A stretch of 63,830 bases of DNA, the filler included. It is 7 parts of 7 records of this genome, joined end to end, with 100 filler letters (N's around TTAATTAATTAA, not from the genome) between each part and the next. Parts side by side here need not be neighbours in the genome. Positions count along the whole stretch, not along the records: positions 9,960 to 16,256 come from SRR31147125_11568; positions 16,357 to 21,979 come from SRR31147125_11581; 5 more parts are not named here. One strand, 5' to 3'. The notes below the pieces were generated by a model. That model was given only the letters and a program-made list of their open reading frames with translations, did not search any database and was not told the DNA's origin. Made by a program: the position numbers and the translations under genes. Below, in pieces: positions 9,960-21,047 of this stretch (position 1 is the stretch's first letter; every line of letters starts with the position of its first letter).

Positions 9960-11375
9960 CTCTACTTTCTCGGGATTATCAAACCATAAGTTATCTTGTT
10001 CATACGGATCTTTTTCAAGATTGTAGAGTTGGCCAACAGCTCCAGGTGTCGGTCCTGTCCCACACGGAGGAGGCCATCCGCCGGAATTGTCACAATCAAC
10101 AACTAACTTCCAGTCTTCTTTTCTTATTGAAAAGACTCCAAAACATGAGTGGTGAATTAAGCTTCTTCTTGAAGGAAGTTCACTATCAGGACAGGTAAGC
10201 AGCGGTAAAAAACTGATACTATCTTCGGCTTCATCTTCTTTCAGTTTAACTCCTAAAATATCAGCACACGTAGCAATAAAATCATTCAATCCAACCAGGT
10301 GGCTGCATACAGCACCCTGCTTAATTATTCCAGGCCAACGAATAATAAGTGGCTCACGATGCCCACCTTCCCAAATATGGGCCTTATATCCCTTAAAATT
10401 CCCACAGGACTTATGATTCCAGGTAGAATAACTGGTTTCATCTTCTTCATTATCCCGGTCTCCCGGAAGTGCTCCATTATCACTCGTCACCACAACTATT
10501 GTATTTTCTGCCAGGCCTGTATCTTCAAGCGTATCAATAATTTGTCCGACCATCCAATCAAATAACCAAACAAGGTCACCTCGCGGCCCTGCGGCACTTT
10601 TACCGTGAGCAAATTCCGGTACAACGGCCTCTATACAAGGCTCATGCGGTGCACTAGCAGCCAAATAGAGGAAAAATGGTTCCTCACTATCCTTTCTGGA
10701 CTTGATCCAATCAACTGATTTTTCAGTAAATGTGGTATCAGCACCAGCATGGTTCCATGAAGAAATACTCATCCCGGGACGCCCGGTGAAATGAACTGCT
10801 TCTCTATACTCTGACGGTAAATCAGGAAAGGATTCTCCTTCAATATAACCATAAGGGGGCTGGCAAGTAGAGCATCCAGATGTACCGAAGAAATAATCAA
10901 ACCCCAGAGCAGTCGGCCCCCCGCTGACTCCTGCAGAAAAATCGATCTTTTCCTCATCTTCTCGCGAAGCATCTTTCCATGGTAACGGTCGTGAGAAATT
11001 AAAGGATTCACCCTCTTTCAGTGAATAATTCAGACCTAGATGCCATTTCCCTATGCAAGCCGTTGAGTAACCCTCTTGTTTCAGCATAGATGCCATAGTC
11101 AAACGATCTTTTCCAATTAACGGGGGTTCATAACCATAGAGAACACTCTTCTTCAGTTTCGTCCTCCAGCAATACCTGCCTGTCAGTATTCCATATCTGG
11201 AAGGAGTACAAACAGATGAAACAGAGTGTGCGTCTGTAAACCGTATACCTTCACTAGCAAGTTGATCGATATGAGGAGTTGGTATCCTTGATGATTTGTT
11301 GAAACAACTAACATCACCATATCCCATATCATCAGCTAATATAAAAACAATATTCGGTTTCTTATTTTTCTCCAT
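9960..11375 (-). CDS. Cys-type formylglycine-dependent sulfatase, 3'-truncated at contig end
   Basis: PNIVFILADDMG, CTPSRYGILTG (CxPxR), GKWHLG and SDNG; no obvious signal peptide. Confidence 0.95.
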
Positions 11376-11457
11376 ATTTCTCCACCAGCACTGTATAAAC
11401 TGAATTATCTCAAATCACCAATCAGAAACACTCCACAAACTGTATTCGGATTATCAA

Positions 11458-12342
11458 CTAAAGAAGGTCTTTCATAAGCATATCCAAAGTTTGTTTATCG
11501 CTTTCATGCAACGGCAATTTCGGACTGCTTGAATAATTTCCGACAAGTCCCAAAGAATCCATTACATACTTAAGGGCTTTGTGTGTTTTCCCCTCATATT
11601 CAAGATAGGTAAGCATAGGCAGCATAGTCTTATATATTTCCCACCCTTTCTCCATATCTTTTTCTTTTACAAGTGCGTTAAAGAGAGCAACACACTGCTT
11701 TGGTGCAATATTCCCCAGAACACAGACCCAACCAGTAGCACCCATCACAAAAGATTCATAAGCCATATCTTCCCATCCGCAGAAAATAGTTAATTCATCA
11801 TTTGTTCTTATTCTAATATCGGTAATTCTTTTTATATCTCCGCTGCTCTCCTTGATGTACTGAATATTTGGCAGTTTTGCCAATCTTTCAATGGTTTCAG
11901 GAAGGATGTCGACTTTTGAACTTGACGGATTGTTATAAATCATAATTGGAATAGTTATGTTTTCAGCTATCTGTTTATAATGATAATATATCTCTTCCTG
12001 GTCTGGTGAATAGTAATAAGGGGATAATACCAGCACCCCGGAAGTTCCCTGCTCCTGCAGTTTCAAGGCATTCTCTAAAGTCTTTTCAGTTGTTTCGGCT
12101 GTTGCCCCGGCTATTACCGGCACACGACCTCCGGCTGCATCGAGAACGGTTTTATTGACCTGCAGCTTTTCTTCATCACTGAGACTGGCAAACTCACCGG
12201 TACTGCCCAGTGATATAAGACCATGAACTCCGCCTTCCGATATCAACCATTCAGTATTTTTCTTAATCCCTTCAAAATCTACTTTTTTATCCTTTGTAAA
12301 AGGGGTAACAATAACAACATAGATGCCTTCAAACAGTTTCAT
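11458..12342 (-). CDS. DHDPS/N-acetylneuraminate lyase family class I aldolase
   Basis: GSTGE, YNNP and Schiff-base IKESSGD motifs; ATGA overlap with the AOR stop. Confidence 0.9.
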   Translation of the reverse strand: MKLFEGIYVVIVTPFTKDKKVDFEGIKKNTEWLISEGGVHGLISLGSTGEFASLSDEEKLQVNKTVLDAAGGRVPVIAGATAETTEKTLENALKLQEQGTSGVLVLSPYYYSPDQEEIYYHYKQIAENITIPIMIYNNPSSSKVDILPETIERLAKLPNIQYIKESSGDIKRITDIRIRTNDELTIFCGWEDMAYESFVMGATGWVCVLGNIAPKQCVALFNALVKEKDMEKGWEIYKTMLPMLTYLEYEGKTHKALKYVMDSLGLVGNYSSSPKLPLHESDKQTLDMLMKDLL

Positions 12343-14217
12343 AAGTTCTCCTTTAATCCTAGTTCAGTTAATTTTTGCTTGCTGGGATAGCCATCGTCTA
12401 AACCCCAGTCTCTTGCTGTATAGTATTCATTAAGTAATGAATCAAAATTCTTAATTACACACTCTTCATTATCTTTGTATTTACCTGACACAGGTACAGA
12501 AAACACCCTCTCCGGAAGATTGTCCTCTTCACGACCAAACCCTTCCCTGATGTTAAAAAGCCTCTGGATATTTATCACTCTTTCCCCAACGGACAGCAGT
12601 TCATCCTCATCAACATCCCAACCGGTCAAGGCTGAAAGAATTCTCGAAAGATTTGAAACGGTAATACCGGAATACATAAAGAATTTACAGGTTCCCAGAA
12701 TATCCGGTAAAGACAACCCATCCTGCAGTATCTTTACATCATTACCCTTGCCTTTTTCACTCCATCTATCAACCTTCTCCGGGTCACGAAGCCCATATTT
12801 CTGTAAACCCCAATCCATTTTTCCACTGTCCCAGGCCATTGCCTCTACCGGTTGTATGTGACACATTCCCCTGTTCCCGGTAGCATAAGACAAACCTAAA
12901 GCTTTCCCGGATCTCGGATCGTGGGCCGGACCTTCCAGACCCTTTACATGTACAGCGATTTTCAGAGCTTCAGGTCCCAGTTTTGTCGCAGCCCGCAAAA
13001 CACCTTCAGCAAGCAGTTTCCCGACACCTTCCTGCAATGCAATCATCCGAACTAACAACGGGAGTGCTTTGCTATTTCCCCATTCCAAAAGAGAACTGTC
13101 GTCATCTTCCACGGAAATCAATCCCTTTTCCCGACACTCCATCGCAAAAGCTATTACCGAACCTGCCGATATGGTGTCCAACCCATATTCATTACATAAA
13201 TAGGTACTGTTTATTGCCGCGTCAAGATCATCATTCAGGACATAAGCAGTAAAGCAAGCAATCGATTCGTATTCACAACCACCATGAACAGGTGTTTCAT
13301 AGGGTCCTGATGGGACATGTGCCTTCCTTCCACACGAAATGGAGCAACCCTTGTAGCAGGGATATGGGTTTACTAGGTTATTTTCCTGAAATTTGCTGAA
13401 AATTTCAGGCCCTTTCCCCCAGGAATTTGATTGCCAGTTTTTAGTAGGGAGGTCTCCGGCTTCATCATTGTCAGGCAAATCTCCAATAGTTCCATAATCC
13501 CTAAAACCCGAAGACATGGGATTTTCACGTACTTCTTTATGTGCTTGCCTCAATTCTTGTTTTAATTTTTCAGGAGATGCTTCAGGAACCTCGCTATTTC
13601 CGGAAACAGCAACCCCAATAAGGTTTTTTGATCCGAAAACTGCACCAGCACCAGTTCTGCCTGCTGACCGGTCTTCACACATTACTGTGGAAAACAGGAC
13701 AAGATTCTCACCAGCAGGACCAATGGTTAAAATAGACGAAACAAGAGCCGATTGTTCATCAATTTCCTTCTTTATCTTTCCCTGCTTATCAGAATTCAAT
13801 AGTCCCGATAAATGTCCGGCTTCATGGAATGTGACAACTCCATTCTGTACATTACAATAGACTGGCTCATCCGAAGCTCCTTCAAAAATAACAAAATCAT
13901 ATCCTGCTTTCTTCAGATTGATACCGAAATCACTTCCGACTCTCGCCTGCCCCCATCCTCCTGTCAGCGGGGATTTAAAGCAGATTGATACACTTCCCCC
14001 TCCCGGAACTTTTGCAGGGTAAGAGGTCCAGTTGCCAAGATAATCTTATTATCAGGACTAAGCGCATTAGTATTTGAATCAAGTTCGTCATAGAGTATTT
14101 TTGCACTATATCCCACCCCCCAATGAACTTCCTTAATAGTTTTTCATTAAGATCTTCAATTAAGTAGCTATGTTCTTTTAGATTAATACGCAGTTGTTTG
14201 CCTATATAACCAAACAT
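12339..14217 (-). CDS. Aldehyde:ferredoxin oxidoreductase (W/Mo AOR family), two apparent 1-nt frameshifts near 14115 and 14020
   Basis: N-terminus MFGYIGKQLRINL; shifted frames give FKSPLTGGWG and LKKAGYD; main frame has GRTGAGAVFGSKNL, EYES, GLDTIS and VKGLE. Confidence 0.88.
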
Positions 14218-14436
14218 TTCCCCTCCTATCCCAAACGCTCTATTTTGATCCTTTTGTAAATATCATATAATCTGATACTTCCGTAACAATCCTATCCAAT
14301 CTGAAAAACCTAAAAAACCATATATTTCCTATGGGACAACAACAGCTTCCAGGTCGTGAAATCTTCAGAATTATTCATAAACTTTTAAGTTAACTTCATA
14401 TAATGAATCGATTAGAATCAAAGCAATATATTATTA

Positions 14437-14481
14437 TTGTCTACAAAATATTTTATTCTATTTATTTTTCTTTGTCAACAA
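14437..14481 (-). promoter_or_regulatory. Sigma70-type promoter for the AOR operon, with two TTGTCwACAA boxes
   Basis: Minus strand TTGACA (14478-14473), 17 nt, TAAAAT (14455-14450). Boxes: TTGTCTACAA 14437-14446 and TTGTCAACAA 14472-14481. Confidence 0.6.
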
Positions 14482-14598
14482 TAATAATTAATAATGACAC
14501 TGGTAAGGCTAGATGAGATAGCTATATACTGCCGGACATCAAGCAATTATTGATATTTTAATGAGGAAAAATAATAACTGGGAATTACAACCCGAAGA

Positions 14599-15789
14599 TC
14601 AAACCCGGGAAAAAGCGTTTGACAACATCGTGAAAATTTCATCGATAGATGCAATTTTTGGATTGTTTTCATAATCCGGCAGATCATGGCTATGGTCAGC
14701 AATATCCCGTAATGTATCCATAGTTACATCATAATCACGAAAATTCACCCACATCCCAATCCTTTTCAGGAATTGGTCCATAACTTCCCCTGCCTCCTTT
14801 GAGGCTGCATCATTGCTTAGCTCCGCCAAAGAGTTGTTGAGGATTTTTGTCACTATACCAAATTTATTTTTGGCTGAAGGAGCCGTAAACCTCATGAAAT
14901 CCGGATATGTAAGAGCTAACGATTCACCATGCATTATATGTGGACAGAACCCGCTGATCATCATTCCAATTCCATGGGGGAGCGTTACACCAGCTCCAGC
15001 TATACACAATCCTGCCAGGGTATCCGCCAAAGTCATATTCAATCTGGCTTCTTTTATATCAGAATCACTAATACCCGATTCTGCCTTTGCCCCTAAGACT
15101 GCTATTTCCAGATTATCACTGATAAGCTGTATTGCCTTGAGTGCCAAGGTTTCGATATATGGATTTGAACCTTTATGGATAAAAGCTTCAAAGGCATGGG
15201 CAAACGCATCAAAGCCTGTCGAGGCTGTTATATGTGAAGGAAGGGTTTCCATTAAATCTGGATCAACAATAGCTACTTTAGGAAAAATGTTTTCATGGAA
15301 AATAGCTGATTTTGTATGTGTTTCCATTTCTGTCATAACTGAAACCTGTGTCACCTGTGACCCAGTTCCGCTGGTAGTAGTCACGGATACAATGGGCAAA
15401 GTTGCCTTCGTTGGTTCTTTTTTGAAAAACAGGTAATCCCAGGGAGATCCGGGATGTGTAGCTCCCACCGCTATAGCTTTTGCGGTATCCATACTCGATC
15501 CCCCACCATAACCAATCACGACATCAATATTCAGCTCTTTGGCCAATGCAGAACCTTTTTCAGCACATGCTTTTGTTGGATTTGGTACTACTCCATCATA
15601 ATGAAAGACTTTGACTCCTGCCTTCAGACAAGATGACTTAATCTTTTGGAAGCCAGTCTCAATTTCTGGGAATAAGGGAACTGTTGCGATCAAGGCACGT
15701 TTCCCTAAAGCCGCAACCTCTTCCCCTATCGTCTCTAACTTCCCGTTTCCAAACACTATTTTTGTTGGCTGGTAGTAATTAAATTTCAT
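14599..15789 (-). CDS. Iron-containing alcohol dehydrogenase
   Basis: GGGSSMDTAK, TTSGTGS, DAFAHAFE, PHG and HG metal ligands. Confidence 0.93.
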   Translation of the reverse strand: MKFNYYQPTKIVFGNGKLETIGEEVAALGKRALIATVPLFPEIETGFQKIKSSCLKAGVKVFHYDGVVPNPTKACAEKGSALAKELNIDVVIGYGGGSSMDTAKAIAVGATHPGSPWDYLFFKKEPTKATLPIVSVTTTSGTGSQVTQVSVMTEMETHTKSAIFHENIFPKVAIVDPDLMETLPSHITASTGFDAFAHAFEAFIHKGSNPYIETLALKAIQLISDNLEIAVLGAKAESGISDSDIKEARLNMTLADTLAGLCIAGAGVTLPHGIGMMISGFCPHIMHGESLALTYPDFMRFTAPSAKNKFGIVTKILNNSLAELSNDAASKEAGEVMDQFLKRIGMWVNFRDYDVTMDTLRDIADHSHDLPDYENNPKIASIDEIFTMLSNAFSRV

Positions 15790-15806
15790 AAAATGTCTCT
15801 CCTTGG

Positions 15807-16256
15807 TTAGTTCAACCTATCAACATCAATAAACACTTTCATAGCCTTGTCTTTCTGTTCATCCAGGTATGTATAGGCTTTTTTATACTCATAAAATGGA
15901 AAATGCTTAGTCATCAATGGTTGCAACTGTATTAAACCCTGCTCAATCAACGCAATAGCCTGAAGGTAATCTCGAGTCTGGTACATCGCCGTCCCGATCA
16001 ACCTAAGTTCCCGATCCTGAACCAATCCTAAGTCTACTACCGGTTTCTTACCAAAGACACCTACAACAATTATATCCGTACCTTTTCGAGCATTTACAAC
16101 AGCTGACTCCATAGTATGCTGAACTCCTACACATTCAAGAATCAGATCAGCCCTGTCACTGCCAAAAGCATTCAGTATCGATTCACTTAAATCCTCTTTC
16201 TCGGGATTTACAATAAAATCTATTCCTGTTTTTTTCGCCAAACTCAATCTGAAATC
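15807..16256 (-). CDS. Zinc-binding (MDR) dehydrogenase, C-terminal part, 5'-truncated
   Basis: ADLILECVG, IIVVGVF and terminal KVFID; frame runs to the contig edge. Confidence 0.85.
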   Translation of the reverse strand, partial: DFRLSLAKKTGIDFIVNPEKEDLSESILNAFGSDRADLILECVGVQHTMESAVVNARKGTDIIVVGVFGKKPVVDLGLVQDRELRLIGTAMYQTRDYLQAIALIEQGLIQLQPLMTKHFPFYEYKKAYTYLDEQKDKAMKVFIDVDRLN

Positions 16257-16356
16257 NNNNNNNNNNNNNNNNNNNNNNNNNNNNNNNNNNNNNNNNNNNN
16301 TTAATTAATTAANNNNNNNNNNNNNNNNNNNNNNNNNNNNNNNNNNNNNNNNNNNN
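16257..16356. other. Artificial contig linker
   Basis: N-run + TTAATTAATTAA + N-run. Confidence 0.99.
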
Positions 16357-16374
16357 TGATTAATCGATTAATCA
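16357..16374. promoter_or_regulatory. Perfect 18-bp palindrome, putative LacI-family operator
   Basis: TGATTAATCGATTAATCA with central CG, downstream of the lacI-family gene. Confidence 0.75.
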
Positions 16375-16410
16375 TTTCTATAAATAGCTAATAAATATCA
16401 GCTATCTGTA

Positions 16411-17406
16411 TCAAGTTGTTTCTCTTTTTATCAATTTTACCGGGATAACAGTTTTATCATCATTTGTTGTTTTTCCATTAATCAAATCCAAGAGAACAGT
16501 TGCAGCCTTTTTTCCCATTAATTGTTTATCTTGGTTTACAGTTGTTACTTTAGGATCAACATACTTTGTAACCTCAATATTATCATAACCTATTACCTTA
16601 ACTTCGCCAGGTACTTTGATTTGATGTTTTTTTAAGGATGCTAGTGCACCGATAGCTAACCAATCTGTCATTGCAAATATTCCATCAAATTCTGTACTTG
16701 ATTCAATTATTTTATCAACACACTCTTCCGCACTTACTGCACTTACCGATATTTTATAGATATTTTCTTCATCTAATTCAGCATCATATTTTTCATATGC
16801 TTTTTTAAGTCCGCTAATACGCTGAGTCATCGTTGATAACTCTCGATAATCTCGAAGTACTATAATATTTTTACATCCTTTGTCAAGGAGCTCCTCACCA
16901 GCAATCAAACCTCCATTAAAGTTATCTGATTCAATAAATGGATCCTCTGATTTTTCTGGTTTTCTATCAATATATGTGATTGGTATGTGGCGTTGTAGGT
17001 TGTCTCTAAGCGTCAAAGTATCACCACCTAAATCTATTAACCCATCAACACCTTTTGCCTCAAGATCTGCCATACATTGAAGAGCTTTCTGTTTATCTTC
17101 ACTGGTATTTGAAATATAAACCGAATAACCTTTCGGATAACAATAATTCTCAATTCCTAGAATTATCTTGGAGAAAAAATCATTAGTAATATCGGGAACA
17201 ATAACCCCTATACTGTAACTTTTCATTGTTCTCAAACTTTTAGCCAAAACATTAGATCTATAACCAAGATCCTTAATAGCAGTTTCCACTTTCCTTCTCG
17301 TTTCCATAGAAAAACGACCATTACCGTTTATTACATTTGAAACTGTGGTAGTAGAAACTCCAGCATACTCCGCTAAATCTTTAATCGAAATTGCTTTCAT
17401 TTGCAT
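16411..17406 (-). CDS. LacI-family transcriptional regulator
   Basis: HTH SIKDLAEYAGVSTTTVSNVIN, hinge LAKSL and C-terminal VIGYDN. Confidence 0.96.
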   Translation of the reverse strand: MQMKAISIKDLAEYAGVSTTTVSNVINGNGRFSMETRRKVETAIKDLGYRSNVLAKSLRTMKSYSIGVIVPDITNDFFSKIILGIENYCYPKGYSVYISNTSEDKQKALQCMADLEAKGVDGLIDLGGDTLTLRDNLQRHIPITYIDRKPEKSEDPFIESDNFNGGLIAGEELLDKGCKNIIVLRDYRELSTMTQRISGLKKAYEKYDAELDEENIYKISVSAVSAEECVDKIIESSTEFDGIFAMTDWLAIGALASLKKHQIKVPGEVKVIGYDNIEVTKYVDPKVTTVNQDKQLMGKKAATVLLDLINGKTTNDDKTVIPVKLIKRETT

Positions 17407-17433
17407 CCCCCCGCTAGATTAATAAACTAATTA

Positions 17434-17451
17434 AGATTAATAGATTAATCT
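17434..17451. promoter_or_regulatory. Putative LacI operator copy
   Basis: AGATTAATAGATTAATCT. Confidence 0.6.
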
Positions 17452-17570
17452 GTTTATTTTTCTCATTTACAAAAGAACATTTAAACGAATAATCATTCTT
17501 TAGCTACTATTTTACCATAATATGAAATTTTATACCTTTTATCAATTAAAGAAAAGCAACTAATAAGTTT

Positions 17571-17588
17571 TGCGTAATCGATTAATCA
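17571..17588. promoter_or_regulatory. Putative LacI operator copy
   Basis: TGCGTAATCGATTAATCA, 16/18 identical to the perfect palindrome. Confidence 0.65.
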
Positions 17589-17646
17589 AATTACAAAAAA
17601 ATTAAGGAAACTGATGGATTTTAATTACTCCAAACTCGCTTTATTT

Positions 17647-17664
17647 TGATTAATCGATTAATCG
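17647..17664. promoter_or_regulatory. Putative LacI operator copy
   Basis: TGATTAATCGATTAATCG, 17/18 identical to the perfect palindrome. Confidence 0.7.
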
Positions 17665-17957
17665 TTTTGTTAAAAGTCAATAAGTTCTATAATTATACAT
17701 TTCTTCCAAATAAAGTTTCTCTTACAAGAGTTATACCTCATAATTTTTCAATAGTCAATTTTTTATTTAAAAAATAAATTTCCTATAATTTTTTCGTGTT
17801 TTATGGTAATATGTTTTTATTATAGCCTTTATGTCTCCTTTAAAAGTTTATTACGACGACATATTTATATATAATTTTTGTAATTTGATTATAGCTACTA
17901 GCAATTCATAAACGATAAATAAATTTGCAACATAATAATAAAAGGAGGAGTAAAAGT

Positions 17958-20900
17958 ATGCAAAGTTTTATGATGTTGTTACAAAAGATGGGAAACGAAA
18001 ATGAAACATCTCCAAGGGAGTTATTGTGCGGAGAACTGGAGTATATTGCAAAGAGGTTTAATAACGATATCACTCTAAAAGAGGAGCTAAAAACTTTTGA
18101 AGAGGGTAGGTTTATTGAGTGTGAAGTTTTAATTAAAACAAGTGATGATAGTTTAGGCATCCTTGTTGATATTAAAAATGGGGTATTCACAATTTCAGAA
18201 CCTAAAGAAACAAAAGTAAAGGGAGCCACAGTAATTTTTGGAAGTGAGAAAGATATCAAAGAGTATATGAACGCTGATTTTGAAGCTGAAACTTTAAAAT
18301 TCCTTGCAACTGATATAGTTGTAGAGGGAAATCCAGCTCATTTTTCACTATTCAACTATCTTTTAAGTTGTCTTCCTGAATATCTAAGAACTAAAGAGGA
18401 GCTTATTAAAAAGAGTAAAAAGCAAAACGAAGTATTCAAATTTGAAATTGCATCAAAAGCAGGAAAACCTCAAAGAGGAATGAGAAATGAAAGATTAAAA
18501 AACAGATCAGAAGAGATGTTAAACACTCAAAACGTTGATGTCGGGGTTAAATGGATTAAAAAACCATATATTCCACAATACAACTTGGAGGATTTCCCTA
18601 GACTTGAGAAATTTAGAGAGTCTTACTTAAATGAGATTCCATCTTTATCAGAGGAACAAGGAGAACTTTTGACTGATTATTATTTAGAAAATGGTTATTA
18701 TATAAACAAAAATGATAAAACTCCTTGGAATCCATTTCTGAGATCAGCAAATGCATTTCACTATTTAATGACTAATAAAAAACCTCTAATAAGAGAAAAC
18801 GATCTATTGGCTGGAACTATGACAACTGATCCAATGTGCGGTTGTATTGCACAACCTTACACAGTTGGCTGGAAACTGTGGGGAGATTTAAGAACTCTTG
18901 AAAATAGAGAGGATGAACCCTTTAAAGTTAGTGATAGAACATTGGAAGTATTACATAAAAAGGTATTCCCATTTTGGATTGACAAACATGTGGAAGCTGT
19001 TTGGAAGACAAAAGTAGATGAAGATTCTAAATTCCCTGGAATAATTGATAGAAAATCTTTTACAATTCCTTGGGGACTATTGTCACTTAATCCAGGTTGT
19101 CCAGGTTTTGGGAAAGTTGTTAAAAAAGGCTTAAAAGCTATTAGAGAAGAGATAAAAACTAAAATAGAGGAGTTTACTGCTAACGAAAAATTATCACTAC
19201 AAGAGAAAAAGAATAAAATTGATAGTTTAACAGCAATGGACTTAACACTTAAAGGTATCTCAAACTATACTAAAAATCTGGCAAATATGATAGAACAAGA
19301 GATAAAAGAAACTAATGATTCAACAAGAATATCTGAACTGGAATCAATTAAAGATATATTACTAAAAGTGCCTGATAATCCAACTGAAACTGTTTACGAA
19401 GCTATTCAGGTATTGTGGATAATGTTCATTGGAGTAGGTCTTGACAGCATGAATGAAACAATGTCTATAGGTAGGTTGGATCAAATTCTTCAACCTTATT
19501 TTGAAAGTGATATGAGCTTATTAAAAGATGAGAAGGAAAGAGAAAACTATTTAAAAGATGTACTTGAATTAGTTGGGTGTTTCTTCATGAGAATCACAAG
19601 TAACAGGTATGCTACTGATACACAGTTTACTTGGCAACATTCAGGATCGCCTGCGGATACATCGATTATTATTGGTGGAGTAACTCCAGACGGTGATGAC
19701 GCTGTTAATGATATGACTTATGTTATTTTAAAGGTTGTGGAGATGTTAAGCACAGATGACCCTGACATGGACGCAAGATATATGACAGGTGTAAATAGTA
19801 AAACATATCTTAAAAGAGTTTGTGACGTTAACTACCTAACTTGTGGAACTCCGGCTATACATAATGATAAAGCTATTATCGATGGTTGGATGAAAAATAA
19901 CCCTGACTGGGATATAAGGGATATGAGAGATTGGGTACCTTGTGGATGTGTTGAGCCAGTTATAGCTGGTAAACATTTTGCCGCTCCAGCTGATCTCGAC
20001 AGTAATTTCACAGTTGCACTGGAATTAGCTTTAAATAACGGAAGACATCCTAAGTGGGATAACACTGTAAAAGACAATAAAATTGGCTTGGAGACTGGTG
20101 AGGTGGAAAGTTTTGAACATTTTGATGATTTCTTTGAAGCATTTGAAAAACAGTTCAAAAATTACTTCTCTAATGCCATAAAAGATGTTTCTTTTAAAAT
20201 TGCTGAAGCTCAAAAAGAAGCAATGCCTGCTCCGCTATACTCCACTCTGCTAGAGGGTTGTATCGAAGAGGGAGCTGGAATGCTTGAAGGTGCTGTAAAA
20301 TATAACACTGCCGCCTCTTCCCTGATTGGATTCTCAGATGTAATAGATTCATTACTTTCAATTAAAAAAATAGTTTTCGAAGACAAAAAGTTTAATTTTA
20401 ATGACCTAAAAGCTGCTGTAGATTCTGATTTTGAAACTGAAGATGGTAGAAAAATTTATACCGCCATCAGGCACTCTGTGAATAAATTTGGTTCAGGTGA
20501 AGATGAAGGTGTTGACATGGCTAGAAGGGTTACAAAAATGGTAGGAGATTTCTTCCACTCAAAAACTAACCCAAGAGGTGGGCACTATACTTCCGGCTAT
20601 AAAACAACAAGTAGCCATACTGCATTTGGAATGGTGGCAGGAGCTCTTCCATCTGGTCGTAGAGCAAATATGCCGTTTACACCTGGATTGACACCAAGTC
20701 CACAAGCAACTAAAAATATAATGAATAACCTCTTGGATGTAGCGGCTCTAGATTCTTCAACATGTGAGAATAGTTTTGCTTTTAACGTTAGGTTATCTTT
20801 CTCCAAACATAACTCTTATGAGCAAAATATTGATCTTGTAACAAACTATGTGGAAACATACTGCAAAAATGGTGGGATGCAGATACAATTAAATATGGTT

Positions 20901-21047
20901 GATACTGATACTCTTATTGATGCAATGGCAAATCCAGAACATTATCCTGATCTTATAGTTAGAATTTCAGGATATACAGGATTTTTTACAAGAATGCAGA
21001 GAGAATTGCAGTTAGAAGTTGTAGGAAGAACTGAATTTGCACTGTAA
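17958..21047 (+). CDS. Glycyl radical enzyme with an N-terminal SCP2-like extension
   Basis: RBS AGGAGG before ATG 17958. Core motifs SIGRLDQ, Cys loop CGCVEP, PSGR and Gly loop VRISGY. Confidence 0.92.
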   Translation: MQSFMMLLQKMGNENETSPRELLCGELEYIAKRFNNDITLKEELKTFEEGRFIECEVLIKTSDDSLGILVDIKNGVFTISEPKETKVKGATVIFGSEKDIKEYMNADFEAETLKFLATDIVVEGNPAHFSLFNYLLSCLPEYLRTKEELIKKSKKQNEVFKFEIASKAGKPQRGMRNERLKNRSEEMLNTQNVDVGVKWIKKPYIPQYNLEDFPRLEKFRESYLNEIPSLSEEQGELLTDYYLENGYYINKNDKTPWNPFLRSANAFHYLMTNKKPLIRENDLLAGTMTTDPMCGCIAQPYTVGWKLWGDLRTLENREDEPFKVSDRTLEVLHKKVFPFWIDKHVEAVWKTKVDEDSKFPGIIDRKSFTIPWGLLSLNPGCPGFGKVVKKGLKAIREEIKTKIEEFTANEKLSLQEKKNKIDSLTAMDLTLKGISNYTKNLANMIEQEIKETNDSTRISELESIKDILLKVPDNPTETVYEAIQVLWIMFIGVGLDSMNETMSIGRLDQILQPYFESDMSLLKDEKERENYLKDVLELVGCFFMRITSNRYATDTQFTWQHSGSPADTSIIIGGVTPDGDDAVNDMTYVILKVVEMLSTDDPDMDARYMTGVNSKTYLKRVCDVNYLTCGTPAIHNDKAIIDGWMKNNPDWDIRDMRDWVPCGCVEPVIAGKHFAAPADLDSNFTVALELALNNGRHPKWDNTVKDNKIGLETGEVESFEHFDDFFEAFEKQFKNYFSNAIKDVSFKIAEAQKEAMPAPLYSTLLEGCIEEGAGMLEGAVKYNTAASSLIGFSDVIDSLLSIKKIVFEDKKFNFNDLKAAVDSDFETEDGRKIYTAIRHSVNKFGSGEDEGVDMARRVTKMVGDFFHSKTNPRGGHYTSGYKTTSSHTAFGMVAGALPSGRRANMPFTPGLTPSPQATKNIMNNLLDVAALDSSTCENSFAFNVRLSFSKHNSYEQNIDLVTNYVETYCKNGGMQIQLNMVDTDTLIDAMANPEHYPDLIVRISGYTGFFTRMQRELQLEVVGRTEFAL

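Noticed and set aside
17958-21047. Calling the GRE pyruvate formate-lyase or CutC
   Set aside because: It lacks the PFL Cys-Cys pair; length, N-terminal extension and context support neither call.
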